From the NCBI GenBank assembly GCA_052327205.1, contig CM126208.1, forward strand, positions 255,998,001-256,062,000: a DNA stretch of 64,000 nucleotides, read 5' to 3'. Below, piece by piece: positions 51,201 through 63,735 of this stretch. The position numbers and the translations under genes were made by a program. Position 1 is the first letter of the stretch, and every line of letters starts with the position of its first letter. The notes below the pieces were generated by a model. The model was not told where the DNA came from. It saw nothing but the letters and a program-made list of their open reading frames with translations, and searched no databases. Origin of the DNA: Somniosus microcephalus (lineage: Eukaryota).

Positions 51201-52067
51201 CACTTGCCGTCTGCCGAAGGTCCGAATCGCTCCGCCATTGGCCGCTTCAAGGGTGGGGCCGTGATTCCCCGTCTGCACATCGAGGGCGGACGTGGGTAAA
51301 ATGCTGCACTGCGCTCCGGTGTCGCACAGAAAACGACGACCGGAGAGAGTATCGGTGATGAACAGCAATTTTCCTGCGTTGCCGATCGCCATCGCGGCCG
51401 CGGGGTGCCCGTTAGACCTGTTCCTCAGTGGTCGCAGTGTCAGTTGTTGGTGTTTTGGGGGAAAACTGCAGGGAGGGCGGCAACGCTTCGCGCCGAACTG
51501 CGCATGATAGAAACACAGCCCAGCAGGCTGACGAGCTGGGGCGGCGTCTGTGGGGGATGGGTGCCTCGTGGCGGCGCAGTACTGCCGAGTTACAGCGAAA
51601 ATTTTGTCAGCCTCCGCAGCGAGTGTTGCGCAGTCTTCTATTTCAGATCTGACCAGGGCAGCTTGTACCTGTTCAGGCAGTTGGCTGAGGAAAATCTCGC
51701 GGAATAGGAAACATTCCCGTTCTGAGCCCAGGAGTGTGAGCATTTGGCTCATCAACTCCGAAGGCTTGGAGTCCCCGAGCCCGGGCATAGCGAGTAATCG
51801 ACGGGCACGCTCCGATTTTGTGAGCCCGAAAACCTGCAGTAACCGCGCTTTGAGGGTTGCATACTTGCGCTCCGTTGGGGGGTTTTCGAGGAGGCTGACG
51901 ATCCGAGAGGCGGTAGAGCTGTCGAGTGCGGAGACCACATAAAGATATTTGGTCTGTTCCACATCGATGTTCCTCAGGGCGAACTGGGCCTCGACCTGAA
52001 TAAACCACGAGGGCGCTTGCTGCTCCCAGAACTGCGGTAGCTTTAGTGAAACGGCGTTTGCTTCCAT
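48300..52067 (-). pseudogene. Gypsy gag-pol, disrupted
   Basis: Gag KLPQFW...WFIQVEAQF and CFYH...C...C; protease CDTGA; RT YLDD; RNase H TDAS; integrase H-H-C-C, VDLVG, SDRG, CERFHR, PYTGPF; frameshifts near 50880 and 50630 and a stop at 49938. Confidence 0.93.
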
Positions 52068-52103
52068 GCTGTGCTCTTCTTTTGTGAAAACGTTCCCAAA
52101 AAT

Positions 52104-52113
52104 GGGGTCACCA
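52104..52113 (-). promoter_or_regulatory. Primer binding site, tRNA-Trp type
   Basis: TGGTGACCCC immediately after the 5' LTR is complementary to the tRNA-Trp 3' end GGGGUCACCA. Confidence 0.8.
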
Positions 52114-52114
52114 A

Positions 52115-52414
52115 TGTAGGAATTAACGAATTCCTACGAATAACTGAGATCAACGCAGGAGAGCAATTAAGCAGGTCTTTACTCAAAGGAGAAGTCACAG
52201 GGATTGCCTGGGCAGCCCCGTGGTTTGCGACGTGACGTCATCGCGTTTGCCCGCGTTTTTCAGCGCTCTTAAAGGGGCCACGCCCCGTACATGCAAACCC
52301 TATATACAAAACACAGTAATGCCTAACACAATGGTACAGGTTTAGGCTGGTGTTAGAACATCGTTAAAGAGAATTATATACAGTTATCCAGAGTCATTCA
52401 GTGGCTCTGCCACA
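52115..52414 (-). repeat. Gypsy 5' LTR
   Basis: TG..CA ends; adjacent to the PBS. Confidence 0.95.
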
Positions 52415-53261
52415 CTTACACCCTTTCTTGAACAATGGTGTCGCATTTGCCACTTTCCAATCCTCAGGAACCTCCCCGGCATCTAGGGAAGATTGGAAAA
52501 TTATGGTAAGCCCTTCCGCTATCTCCTCCCCCAATTCCCTTAGCAACCTGGGATGCAAGCCATCTGGACCAGGCGACTTGTCCACTCTAAGCATACCCAG
52601 CCTTTCTAGTACATCCTGTTTATCAATTTTCACCCCTTCCATTGCTTCTACCTTTTCCATTTCTACCGATATTTTGTCAGCATCCACCTCCTTAGTAAAC
52701 ACTGATACAAAGTACTTGAGTATTCTAGCCTTGCCCTGCACCTCTAAGCATATATCACCTTCTTTGTTCCTAATAGGCCCCACCCCGCCTCTTACTACCC
52801 GCTTATTGTTTACATGCCGGTAGAAGATTTTTGGGTTCCCTTTTATGTTAACCACCATTCTACTCTCATATTCTCTCTTTGCCAATCTTATTTTCCTCTT
52901 CACACCCCCTCTCAACTTATTGTATTTGGTCTGGTCCTCCCTTGAAGAATTCACCTGACATGCATCATGCACCTTTTTTTGTATCATCATCTTCTCTCTC
53001 TCCCTCGTCATCCAAGGAGCCCTTGCTTTGGTTCCCTTACCCTTCCTCTTGTTGGAATGTACCTAGCCTGTACTTGGAACATCTTCTCCTTAAAGATCAC
53101 CCATTGTTCCATTACAGTTTTTCCTGTCAGTCTTTGGTTCCATTTTACCCTGGCTAGATCCTTTCGCATCCCATTGAAGTTAGCCCTATTCCAGTTCAGA
53201 AGTTCAACTCTAGATTGTTCTTTGCTTCTCTCCATTGCTAATCTAAATCTTATGAAATGAT

Positions 53262-53685
53262 CCCGGAACATCCCATAGTGCTTTATAGCAAATAAAATAC
53301 TTTTGAAGTGTAGTCACTGTTGTAATGTAGGAAACGCAGCACTTGAAATTGCACACAGCAAGCTCTCACAAACAGCGATGTGATACTGACCAGATAATCT
53401 GTTTTCTTTAGTGAGGTTGGTTGAAGGATAAATATTGGACAGGACTCCCCTGCTCTTCATCTAAATAGTGCCATGGGATCTTATACGCCCACCTGAGAGG
53501 GCAGACGGGGCCTCAGCCTAACACCGCATCTGAAAGAGGGCTCCTCCAACAGTGCAGCACTCCCTCAGTACTAGCACTGGAGTGTCAGCCTAAATTGGCA
53601 TGCTACAAATCCCCGGAGTGGGCCTTGATCCCACAACCTTCTGACTCAAAAGCAAGAGGGTTACCAACTGAGCCATGGGTGACAG
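53262..53685 (-). mobile_element. SacSINE1-like DeuSINE, tail clipped by the CR1
   Basis: Same family. Confidence 0.85.
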
Positions 53686-54402
53686 CAATGCAAAGTTGGA
53701 AAATGACCTTTACAGCGCCCATCGGGTTAGCTTGTGAACTGTTTTGAACTTTCTATTTACATGTACAAATGCTTCCAGAGCGTACAGACCAGAGTGACAG
53801 ATAATTTCATAATCTTTGCAGGGAGAACGCTCCATGTACAGTTTAATTAGAACATTGTCGCAAGTTTGACAGATTGTTGCTACAGTAGAAGGCACTTAAT
53901 GTAATCACACTAGGGAATTTCACTTAATTTGCATGATTTCATGTAATGTTCCATTGAATGGCTTAATTTACAATTGAAGGTCAATTTACATGCCCAAGAA
54001 TCCTGAACAGCCACAGATCTTGGCTTTCTTCACTCAAGGGGGCTGATTGCACGGTCCCAGGAAAAAAGGCCCTGGTTATTATAATTTGTGTTAGTATTGC
54101 TACGATGATGGTGGAGTGGTGAATCGGCCTTGCCAGCTTCAGTGAGGTTAGCTCATTGACATTATTTCAATATCCTGCCCGTACCTTTTCCACGTGCACA
54201 AGGCTGCAAGCAAGTGGAGAATAGGAAGAGCAGCAGCTCCTAAAGGGCCGCTGTTCGCAAAAGGCTGTTATTCTTTGGTGCTGTAGGTCACTCTTCTGCC
54301 TGAGTGCTGCAAAGAAAATTAAATGTTACCCGTGACTAAGCGCCAAAATCTACCCCTTCGACAAGGAGACATTGGATGTGTTACCTGATGAGGTGCAACA
54401 AA

Positions 54403-55777
54403 ATGCTAGAGTCCATTATAAAAGATGTAATATCAGAGCACTTGGAAAACAGTGACAGGATCGGACAAAGTCAACATGGATTTACAAAGGGTAAATCGTG
54501 CTTGACTAATCAACTGGAAAAAATTTTGAGGATGTAACTGGTAAAATAGATAAGGGAGAACCAGTGGATGTGGTGTATTTGGACTTTCAGAAGTCTTTCT
54601 ATAAGGTCCCGCATAAGAGATTAGTGTGTAAAGTTAAGGCACATGGGATTGGGGGCAAGGTATTGACTTGGATAGAGAACTGGTTGGCAGACAGAAAGCA
54701 AAGAGTTGGAATAAACGGGTCTTTTTCCGAGTGGCAGGCAGTGACTAGTGGGGTACCGCAGGGATTGGTCCTTGGACCCCAGCTATTCACAATATATATT
54801 AATGATCTAGACAAGGGAACTAGATGTAATATCTCCACATTTGCAGATGACACAAAGCTGGGTGGGCGTGTGTGCTGTGAGGAGGATGCCGAGAAACTCC
54901 AGGATGATTTGGACAGGTTGGGTGATTGGGCAGAAGCATGGCAGATGCAATATAATGTGGATAAATGTGAGGTTATCCACTTTGGTAGCAAAAACAGGAA
55001 GGCAGATTATTATCTGAATGGCAATAGATTGGGAGAAGGGGATGTGCAACGAGACCTGGGTGTCCTTGTGCACCAGTCGCTGAAGGTAAGCATGCAGGTG
55101 CAGCAGGCGGTTAAGAAGGCAAATGGTATGTTGGCCTTCGTAGCGAGAGGGTTTGAGTACAGGAACAAGGATTTCTTGCTGCAGTTGTACAGGGCCTTGG
55201 TGAGACTACATCTTGAGTATTGTGTGCAGTTTTGGTCGCCTTATCTGAGGAAGGATGTTCTTGCCATGGAAGGAGTTCAGCGAAGACTCACCAGGCTGAT
55301 ACCTGGGATGGCAGGAATGACGTATGAGGAGAGATTGGATCGATTGGGCTTGTACTCGCTGGAGTTTAGTAGAATGAGAGGGGATCTCATTGAAACTTAT
55401 AAAATTCTAACAGGACTAGACAGACTAGATGCTGGAAGGATGTTCCCGATGGTCGGGGAGTCCAGAACCAGGGGTCACAGTCTAAAGATAAGGGGTAGGC
55501 TATTTAGGACAGAAATGAGGAGGAATTTCTTCACCCAGAGAGTGGTGAACCTGTGGAATTCTCTACCACAGAAGACAGTAGAGGCCAATTGATTAAATAT
55601 ATTCAAGAAGGAGTTGGATATATTTCTCAAGGCTAAAGGGATCAAGGGGTATGGGGAGAAAGCAGGGACTGGGTACTGAATTTGGATGATCAGCCATGAT
55701 CGCATTGAATGGCGGAGCAGGCTCGAGGGGCCGAATGGCCTACTCCTGCTCCTATTTTCTATGTTTCTATGTTTCTA
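54403..55777 (+). mobile_element. 5'-truncated CR1 of the CR1-B/C family
   Basis: ORF 54564-55592 nearly identical to 26514-27540; (tttctatg)n tail. Confidence 0.93.
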
Positions 55778-55899
55778 AAACAAGGTGTTGATTTTGAGGG
55801 CAGTAGGGGACCGTTCTCTCAGAGCTGATGTACAGCAAACGTAGCAGGAGGTTTCTCACAGACTGAGTACATGTTCTTGTTTTAAAAATTCATTAATTC

Positions 55900-56215
55900 T
55901 GCAGGACGTGGGCATCGCTGGCAAGGCCAGCATTTATTGCCCATCCCTAGTTGTCCTTGAGAAGGTGTTGGTAGGCCTTCTTCTTGAACCGCTGCCGTCC
56001 CGGGTGTTGTTCGGTAGGGAGTTCCAGGATTTTGATCCAGCAATGATGAAGGGAAGATGATGTATGTTCAAGTTGGGATGGTGTGTGATTTGGAGGTGAA
56101 CTTGGAGGTGATAGTCTTCCCATGCACCTGCTGCCCTCGTCCCTCTAGGTGGTGGAGTTTGTGGGTTCGGAAGGTGTCGCCGAAGAAGCTTTGGCAACTT
56201 GCTGCAGTGCATCCT
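55900..56215 (-). mobile_element. 3' fragment of a second CR1-group LINE lineage
   Basis: Homologous to 56610-56945. Confidence 0.75.
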
Positions 56216-56601
56216 GGGAGACATCACATCTGGTCGAGCCCATCTCACAAAAGGAAGAGGCTGTCTTAACCAGGGAAACAAATACGATAACCTATAGGTC
56301 AGCAGGTGTTCCCTCAACTCAACTTCCTATCTCGAGACATGTAACATGAGGGCTTAAAACACCGTAGACATTTTTCTTGTGTACAAACTGATTGCCACCT
56401 GGTAGATAATAACATTTTATCCTCTCTGCCACCCTACACAAGATGGCAGGATTACTCAAGCAGTTTAATTCATTTGTTAAACTGGTGAATACACCATATC
56501 TACACCAGTCCACAATCTACCACCATTCCACCAAAATAAAATACTGTGGAAGCTGGAAATCTGAAATAAAAACAGAAAATGCTGGAAACACTCAGCAGGT
56601 T

Positions 56602-57610
56602 TTTTTTTATTTGTTCATGGGATGTGGGCATCGCTGGCAAGGCCCTATTTATTGCCCATCCCTAATTGCCCTTGAGAAGGTGGTGGTGAGCCGCCTTCAT
56701 GAACCGCTGCAGTCTGTGTGGTGAAGGTACTCCCACAGTGCTGTTAGGGAGGGAGTTCCAGGATTTTGACGCAGCAATGATGAAGGATCGGCGATATACT
56801 TCTAAGTCAGGATGGTGTGTGACTTGGAGAGGAACTTGGAGATGGTGTTCCCATGTGCCTGCTGCCCTTATCCTTCTAGGTGCAAGTAGTCGCGGGATTG
56901 GGAGGTGCTGCCGAAGAAACCTTGGCGAGTTGCTGCAGTGCATCTTGTAGATGGTACACACTGCACCTACGGTACGCCGGCGGTGGAGGGAGTTAATGTT
57001 TAAGGTGGTAGATGGGGTGCCAATCAAGCGGGCTGCTTTGACCTGGATGGTGTCGAGCTTCTTGAGTGTTGTTGGAGCTGCACTCATCCAGGCAAATGGA
57101 GAGTATTCCATCACACTCCTTTCTTGTGCCTTGTAGATGGTAGAAAGGCTTTAGGGAGTCAGGAAGTGAGACACTTGCTGCAGAATACCTAGCCTCTGAC
57201 CTGCTCTTGTTGCCACAGTATTTATGTGGCTGGTCCAGTTAAGTTTCTGGTCAATGGTGACCCCCAGGATATTGATGGTAGGGGATTCGGCGATGGTAAT
57301 GCCGTTGAATGTCAAGGGGCGGTGGTTAGACTCTCGCTTGTTGGAGATAGTCATTGCCTGGCACTTCTGTGGCGCGGATGTCAACTGCCACTTATCAGCC
57401 CAAGCTTGAACGTCGTCCAGGTCTTGTTACATGCGGGCATGGACTGCTTCATTATCTGAGGAGTTGTGAATTCTTACTGTGAACTGCAGTCATCAGCGAA
57501 CATCTCGATTTTTGACCTTATGTTGGAGGGAAGGTCATTGATGAAGAAGCTGAAGATGGTTGGGCCTACGACACTGCCCTGAGGAACTCCTGCAGCAATG
57601 TCCTGGAGCT
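56602..57610 (-). mobile_element. CR1-group LINE 3' fragment (non-HER1 lineage) inserted in a Penelope tail
   Basis: QKCQAMTISNKR, ILGVTIDQKLNW, MEYSPFAWMSAA...LDTIQ; Penelope tail halves at 56545-56600 and 57618-57688. Confidence 0.75.
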
Positions 57611-57818
57611 GCCTGAACCATCAGGCAGCATCTGTTGGAGAGAGAAACAGAGTTAACATTTTGGGTCGATGACCTTTTGTCAGAACACATTCATACCACC
57701 ATCCTATATGCTCTCCCGTCTTACCATCCAGGCAGCCAGTAAGCTATCTGATGCATGATGGATCATAGAGGCAGCTTTGAGGGCCATTGTGACTCATGCA
57801 CCACTCCTCTCTGAAGCT

Positions 57819-58325
57819 TCTTCTTCTTAGGCAGTCCCTCGGAGCCGAGGATGACTTGCTTCCACATTAAAAATGAGTTTGCAGGTGACTGATGAGTCCA
57901 ATGCAGGACCTACAGTCTCTGTCACAGGTGGGGCAGACGGTGGTTGAAGGGGCGGGTGGATGGGATGCTTGGGTTGACGTGCGTTCCTTGCGCTGTCTGC
58001 GCTTGGCTTCCGCTTGCTCCTGGCGAAGAGACTCAAGATGTTCGGCGCCTTCCCGGATGCTTCTCCTCCACTTTGTGCGGTCTTTGGCCAGGGATTCCCA
58101 GGTGTCGATGGGGATGTTACACTTTTTCAAGGAGGCTTTGAGGGTGTCCTTGAAGCGTTTCCTCTGCCCACCTGGGGTTCTCTTGCCGTGCCAGAGCTCC
58201 GAGTAGAGTGCTTTTTTTGGGGAGTCTCGTATCGGGCATGTGGACGATGTGACCCGTCCATCGGAGCTGATTGAGCGTGGTCAAAGCTTCGATGCTGGGG
58301 ATGTTGGGGATGTTGGGTCAAAGCT
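57819..58325 (-). mobile_element. RTE-clade LINE 3' fragment
   Basis: GRQRKRFKDTLK-like motif, WESLAKDRTKWR, CPTCDRDC..IGLISH; (gaa)n tail; probable TSD tctgaagctt. Confidence 0.85.
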
Positions 58326-59204
58326 TCTTCTTCTGAAGCTTATCCATTGCAAGATCCCTGTGTTGTCGTCTCCTCCCGGTGATCTAATTAAAGTAGCATT
58401 TAAATGTTTTGTATAAAAATAATCTGTTCTTTGTACCATGTAAGAATTTCAATACAGTTCATTTATTTGTTTTTAAATTAAGGGCTTGTTAAACACTTAT
58501 CTTGATCACTCCCTTTGTCTGGAATCTGAAAATCAGGTTGCCATTTCGAAATAAAGATATTGGGGTGGTATCGTTGGGCCTGTGTCATGTATCTTTATTT
58601 TCTGGTAGATGCACTAAAATGACGGCAGCTGGACTGATGCCACCCATGATGTTAAACATTATTATTATCACAATGTCACGGAGATCAACCATTTCAGTTG
58701 TCAAACTTGCCAAAGTTTTTCCAGATGCAAACTGCTGTGTCGACAGCTGGCACCAGAATCCTTCTGCATCCAGGTTCAGGAAAGGATGTCAATCGGTGCT
58801 AGCTTGTATCGAGCTGCTTACTGATGAAGCCTGTAGTGGATATCTGAGCTGCTGTGTAGTAACGCTGAGATCAAAAATAGTGGCATTTGGTGAAGGGCTG
58901 ATAACAATGCTAAAATGTCAAACTTAATCTTTTGAGCTTTTGAATTAAAATAAAAAACGGAATTGGTTGAGACAAGTGTCAAGTTCAAACATTCTTTCTG
59001 GTACACATTACATCCCCTTTAAGTGGTAATGGGGTGGGGTGGGGGAGATTTCCTTTTTTGTGTTACATGTAATGAAATCATAAAGGCGTATCTTACAATT
59101 TGGTTTTCTTCCCCACTCGAGTAAATTCACTGATCCAGCGGTACTGTTAGGCTCGCAGGAGCTCAAAGGGAGCATGAGCTGGCGATAGGCCTGTAACAGT
59201 GTCA

Positions 59205-59640
59205 AAAAGAAAGAAAGACTTGCATTTATATAGCGCCTTTCACGACCACTGGACGTCTCAAAGTGCTTTACAGCCAATGAAGTACTTTTGAAGTGGAGTC
59301 ACTGTTGTAATGTGGGAAACGCGACAGCCAATTTGCGCACAGCAAGCTCCCACAGACAGCAATGTGCAAATGACCAGATAATCTGTTTTTGTTATGTTGG
59401 TTGAGGGAGAAATATTGGCCAGGACACCGGGGATGACTCCCCTGCTCTTCTTCGAAATAGTGCCATGGGATCTTTTACGTCTCATCCGAAAGACGGCACC
59501 TCCCGACAGTGCAGCACCCCCTCAGCACTGCACTGGAGTGTCAGACTAGCTTGATGTGCGCAAGTCCCTGGAGTGGGACTGGAACCCACAACCATTCTGA
59601 CTCAGAGGCGAGGGTGCTACCAACTGAGCCACAGCTGTCA
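59205..59640 (-). mobile_element. SacSINE1-like DeuSINE with an internal deletion
   Basis: Same family. Confidence 0.88.
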
Positions 59641-60483
59641 GGCCGATTCGCCAACCTGAGCTTCCTGTGAGCACGGTTTCCCACTGGAAAGCACAGGGTC
59701 AGGCAAATGACCCTTTAGCGCACAGTGGAAAACTTCCCCTTTCTCTACTGGATGGTATATTTGAAGACACAGATACTTAGAAGAGCTCAGTTACGTACCT
59801 TACAATTTGGTTTTGCGACACAGTAGCGAGAAAACAATAAAAGTCCCTTAATAATGAGAATCCTTTTCCTTGGTCGTGGAGAGCAAAGATTGCCGTCATC
59901 TGAATGCTCCAACTAGGCAAATATTGCAGCAAATGTGTAGGGAGTGAATGAGTACCTGAGCCAGCATTCCCTTTAAATAAACATTCCCATTATCAGTACA
60001 CGAACTGAGGCTCTCCAGCTGGGACTTAAACCCGAAACGCTCTGCCCCGAAGCAATGACGCCTAACGGGGGCCACTGGTATTTTGTCAGCACCTGCACGC
60101 TCGTAAATAGCTCCCTTGTCCCAAGACGATGGCCCTGTAAGCACTCTGAAACGTAACCAAACACTGTAAAAGAAAGCGTACACGTTTCTTCATTAATTCT
60201 CAACATGTACCTCTCAAACAAGTTTTAAAAAAAATTGCTCAGGGAAAAAAAACTAAAGAGGACTGCCAAAGAAATGACATTCGAAGCTTTTAATGCTTTA
60301 ACCTGAAAGCAAGCTCTTCTTTCTCAAGTAATTCTGCAGAAATTTAACAAAAAACTTTTTTTCTTCCTTTCAGGTGTCAAGGATCGCAAGCTTCAACTCT
60401 TGCGCACCTTCCTCCCATTCACTTTCCTCTGACCCCATCCCTTCTTCCAATCCCACCCCCTGCCGCGTTTTCACTATCCCCTC

Positions 60484-61106
60484 ATTACGGAGGACTTAAC
60501 GTGGTCCCATCACATCGACGTCGTAACCAAGAAGGCATGCCAACGCCTGTTCTTCCTCAGGAGGCTGAAGAAATTTGGAATGGCCCCCCAGATTCTCACC
60601 AACTTCTACCGGTGCGCCATCGAGAGTATCCTGTCCGGCTGCATCACTACCTGGTATGGCAACTGCACCGCCACAGACCGCAAGGCTCTACAGATGGTGG
60701 TGAAAGCTGCACAACACACTATAGGAATTAAACTACCTGCTGTGCAGGATATCTACCCCGAGAGGTGCCGGGGGAAGGCCCTGAGAATCATCAAAGATGC
60801 GAGCCACCCCAGCCACAACCTCTTCACCCTGCTCCCGTCCGGTAAGAGATACCGAAGTATACGGCCTCGTACCAGCAGGTTTCGAAACAGCTTCTACCCC
60901 CAGGCCATAAGACTCATGAATGAATAATTTATTATTATTTATTACTGTTGTCTTATTTATTATTACTGTATTTCTATTAGTATTTTTATCATTGCTATGC
61001 CATATTTATTCCAATGTTGGGAGGACTCGTAAAAATCAACATTTCATTGTGCAGTACACACGTCTGCTGCATATATGACAAATAAAATTGAATTGAATTG
61101 AATTGA
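60484..61106 (+). mobile_element. Rex1/Babar-clade LINE 3' fragment
   Basis: Open frame ITEDLTWSHH...QRLFFLRRLKKFG...FYRCAIESILSGCITTWYG...LLPSGKRYRS...NSFYPQAIRL; AATAAA followed by an (attga)n tail. Confidence 0.88.
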
Positions 61107-62507
61107 CCTTCCCCTCTCTGACCCCGAACGATCAGTCCTCAGCAAAGGCCTGAGTTTCATTCCCTTACGTCCCCACCTAAATGAATTTTCAACTCGGCAC
61201 GACGCTGAGCTCTTTTTCCGTCGCCTTCATCTCTGTGCCAACTTCTTTGGCCAGGAAACATTCCCCCGCACAGCTGACCCTTTCTCCTGTTCTCAGAATT
61301 CTCGTTCTACCTGGACTCCTCCCTCTGGCCTCTTACACTCGCTAGATCTTTTCATTGTGAATTGCTGGAGTGACATTGGCCATCTCAATTTCTCTGTTCC
61401 CCTCAGTCACTCCAACCTACCTCCCTCTGAACTTGCAGCACTCCGTTCTCTCAAATCCAATCCTAACATTGTCATTAAACCTGCTGACAAGAGTGGTGTG
61501 GTTGTTGCTTGGCGAACCGACCTCTACCTTGCAGAAGCTGAAAGCTAACTTGATGACACCTCCTCCTACCTCCACCTGGACCATGACCCCACTACCAAAC
61601 ATCAAGCCACCGTTTCCAAGACCGCCACTGACCTCATCTCCTCTGAAGATCTTCCCTCCATGACCGCCAACCTCATAGTCCCCCAACCCTGCACACAGCC
61701 CGCTTCTACCTCCTTCCCAAGATTCACAAACAGGACTGTCCTGGTAGATCCATCAGAACTGATTTCTTCCTATCTCGACTATTTTTTCTCCCCTTGTCCA
61801 GTCTCTTCCCACTTACATCCTCAACTCTTCCGACACCCTCCACCACTTTAACAGTTTCCAGTTTCCTGGCCCCAACCGTCTCCTTTTCACCATGGACGTC
61901 CAATCCCTCTACACCCCCATCCCCCACCAGGATGGCCTGAGGGTGCTCCGCTTCTTCCTTGAACAGAGGCCCAACCAGTTCCCATCCACCACCACCCTCC
62001 TCCGCCTGGCTGAACTTGTTTTCACATTGAACAACTTCTCCTTTGACTCCACTCACTTCCTCCAAATAAAAGGTGTATGGTACCCGCATGGGCCCTAGGT
62101 ATGCCTTTCTTTTCGTGGGATATGTGGAACATTCTTTGTTCCTGTCCTACTCAGGTCCCCTCCCTCACCTCTTTTCCCAGTACATTGATGACTGTATTGG
62201 TGCCGTCTCCTGCTCTCGCCCTGAACTAGAAAACATCATTCACTTTGCTTCCAATTTCCACCCTTCCCTCAGCTTCACATGGTCCATCGCCGAAACTTCC
62301 CTTCCCTTCCTTGACTACTCTGTCTCTATTTCTGGGGATAGGCTATCGACAAACATCCACTATAAGCCCACTGACTCTCACAGCTACCTGGACTACACTT
62401 CCTCCCAGCCTTCTTCCTGTAAGGACTCTATTCCATTCTCCCAATTTCTCCGTCTCCATTGCATCTGTTCTGATGATGCCATCTTCTATACCAGTGCTTC
62501 CGATATA

Positions 62508-62645
62508 ACATAAGAACATAAGAACATAAGAATTAGGAGCAGGAGTAAGCCATATGGCCCCTCGTGCCTGCTCTGCCACTCAATAAGATCATTGCTGACC
62601 TCAACCTCAACTCCACCTTCCTGCCCATTCCCCATATCCCTTGAT
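62508..62645 (-). mobile_element. CR1 tail fragment inside the Penelope RT
   Basis: (ttcttatg)n tail; splits the Penelope sequence ASD-MSSFF. Confidence 0.85.
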
Positions 62646-63735
62646 TTGTCTTCCTTTTTCCTCAACCGAGGATTCCCCTCTACCGTGGTTGACATGGCCC
62701 TCGACCGTGTCCATTCCATTTTCCACACTTCTGCTCTCACCCCATCTCCTCCCTCCCAGAACCACGATAGGGTTCCCCTTGTCCTCACCTTTCACCCCAC
62801 CAGCCTCCACATTCAACGGATCATCCTCTGCCATTTCCGCCACCTCCAACGTGATCCCACCACTAAACACATCTTCCATCCCTTTCAGCATTCCGAAGGG
62901 ACCGCTCCCTCCGCGACACCCTGGTCCACTCCTCAATTACCCCCAACAACCCCTCCCCTTCCCATGCCACCTTCCCGTACAAGCGCAGGAGATGCAACAC
63001 CTGCTCTTTTACCTCCTCCCTTCCCACCATCCAGGACCCCAAACACTTCTTCCAGGTGAAACAGCGATTTACTTGCAATTTAGTATACTGTAGTCACTGC
63101 TTACGATGCGGTCTCCTCTACTTTGGGGAGACCAAACGCAGATTGGATGATTGCTTTGTGGAACACCTCCATTCAGACCATAAGCATGACCCCGAGCTTC
63201 TGGCCGGCTGTCATTTTAGTTCTCCACTCCACTCCCATTCTGACCTCTCCGTCCTTGGCCTCTTACACTGTTCCAACGAAGCTCAATGTAAGCTCGAGGA
63301 ACAGCACCTCATCTTTCTATTAGGCACTTTACAGCCTTCAGTACTCAACATTGAATTCAAACAATTTCAGACCATAACCTCTGCCCCTATTTTTTCACAT
63401 GGTAGCTGTTGATGATTCTGCCATTCCCATTTACACCTCTTCTAGACCCATCTTTTATTTCTTTACTTGTCCCATTACCATTTCCTTTTGCTTTGTACAA
63501 TCATACCTGTTGTCGTCTAATCACTCCTGCCTTCCACCCGATCACAGACCTTCCCTTTTGTTCTTTCCTCCCCTCCCCCCTTTCCCTGCCCCTGCACTTG
63601 TTTAAAATCTGTTACATCTCTAACTTTTTCCAGTTCTGACGATAAGTCTTCCACCTGAAACGTTAGCTCTGTTTCTCTCTCCACAGATGCTGCCTGACCG
63701 GCTGAGTATTTCCAGCATTTTCTGTTTTTATTCAG

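Larger units (their letters stand above)
47966..52414 (-). mobile_element. Complete Gypsy LTR retrotransposon, CsRn1/Kabuki-like (4449 bp)
   Basis: Two 300 bp TG..CA LTRs, CTTA TSD (47962-65 and 52415-18), PBS TGGTGACCCC, G-rich PPT at 48266-48277, gag-PR-RT-RH-IN order. Confidence 0.96.
46567..53260 (-). mobile_element. 5'-truncated CR1 interrupted by the Gypsy element
   Basis: RT fragments 46651-47965 and 52419-53260; ATPLFKKGC-K / DNSSNYRPV joins across the insertion. Confidence 0.9.
60365..63735 (+). mobile_element. Near-complete Penelope-like element (RT plus GIY-YIG; Neptune-like), with two nested insertions
   Basis: LSDPERSVLSKGLSF, KPADK, MDVQSLYT, GTRMGP, YIDD, YKPTD, Cys-rich linker, VYC..C...YFGETKR; tail with a hammerhead core at 63631-63669. 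Confidence 0.9.

Noticed and set aside
58502-58927. 141 aa ORF as a host gene
   Set aside because: Non-ATG start, no recognisable domain and no exon boundaries
60350-60400. Host splice acceptor ttcctttcag|gtgtc
   Set aside because: The downstream sequence reads as the Penelope ORF N-terminal region, so no host exon is supported
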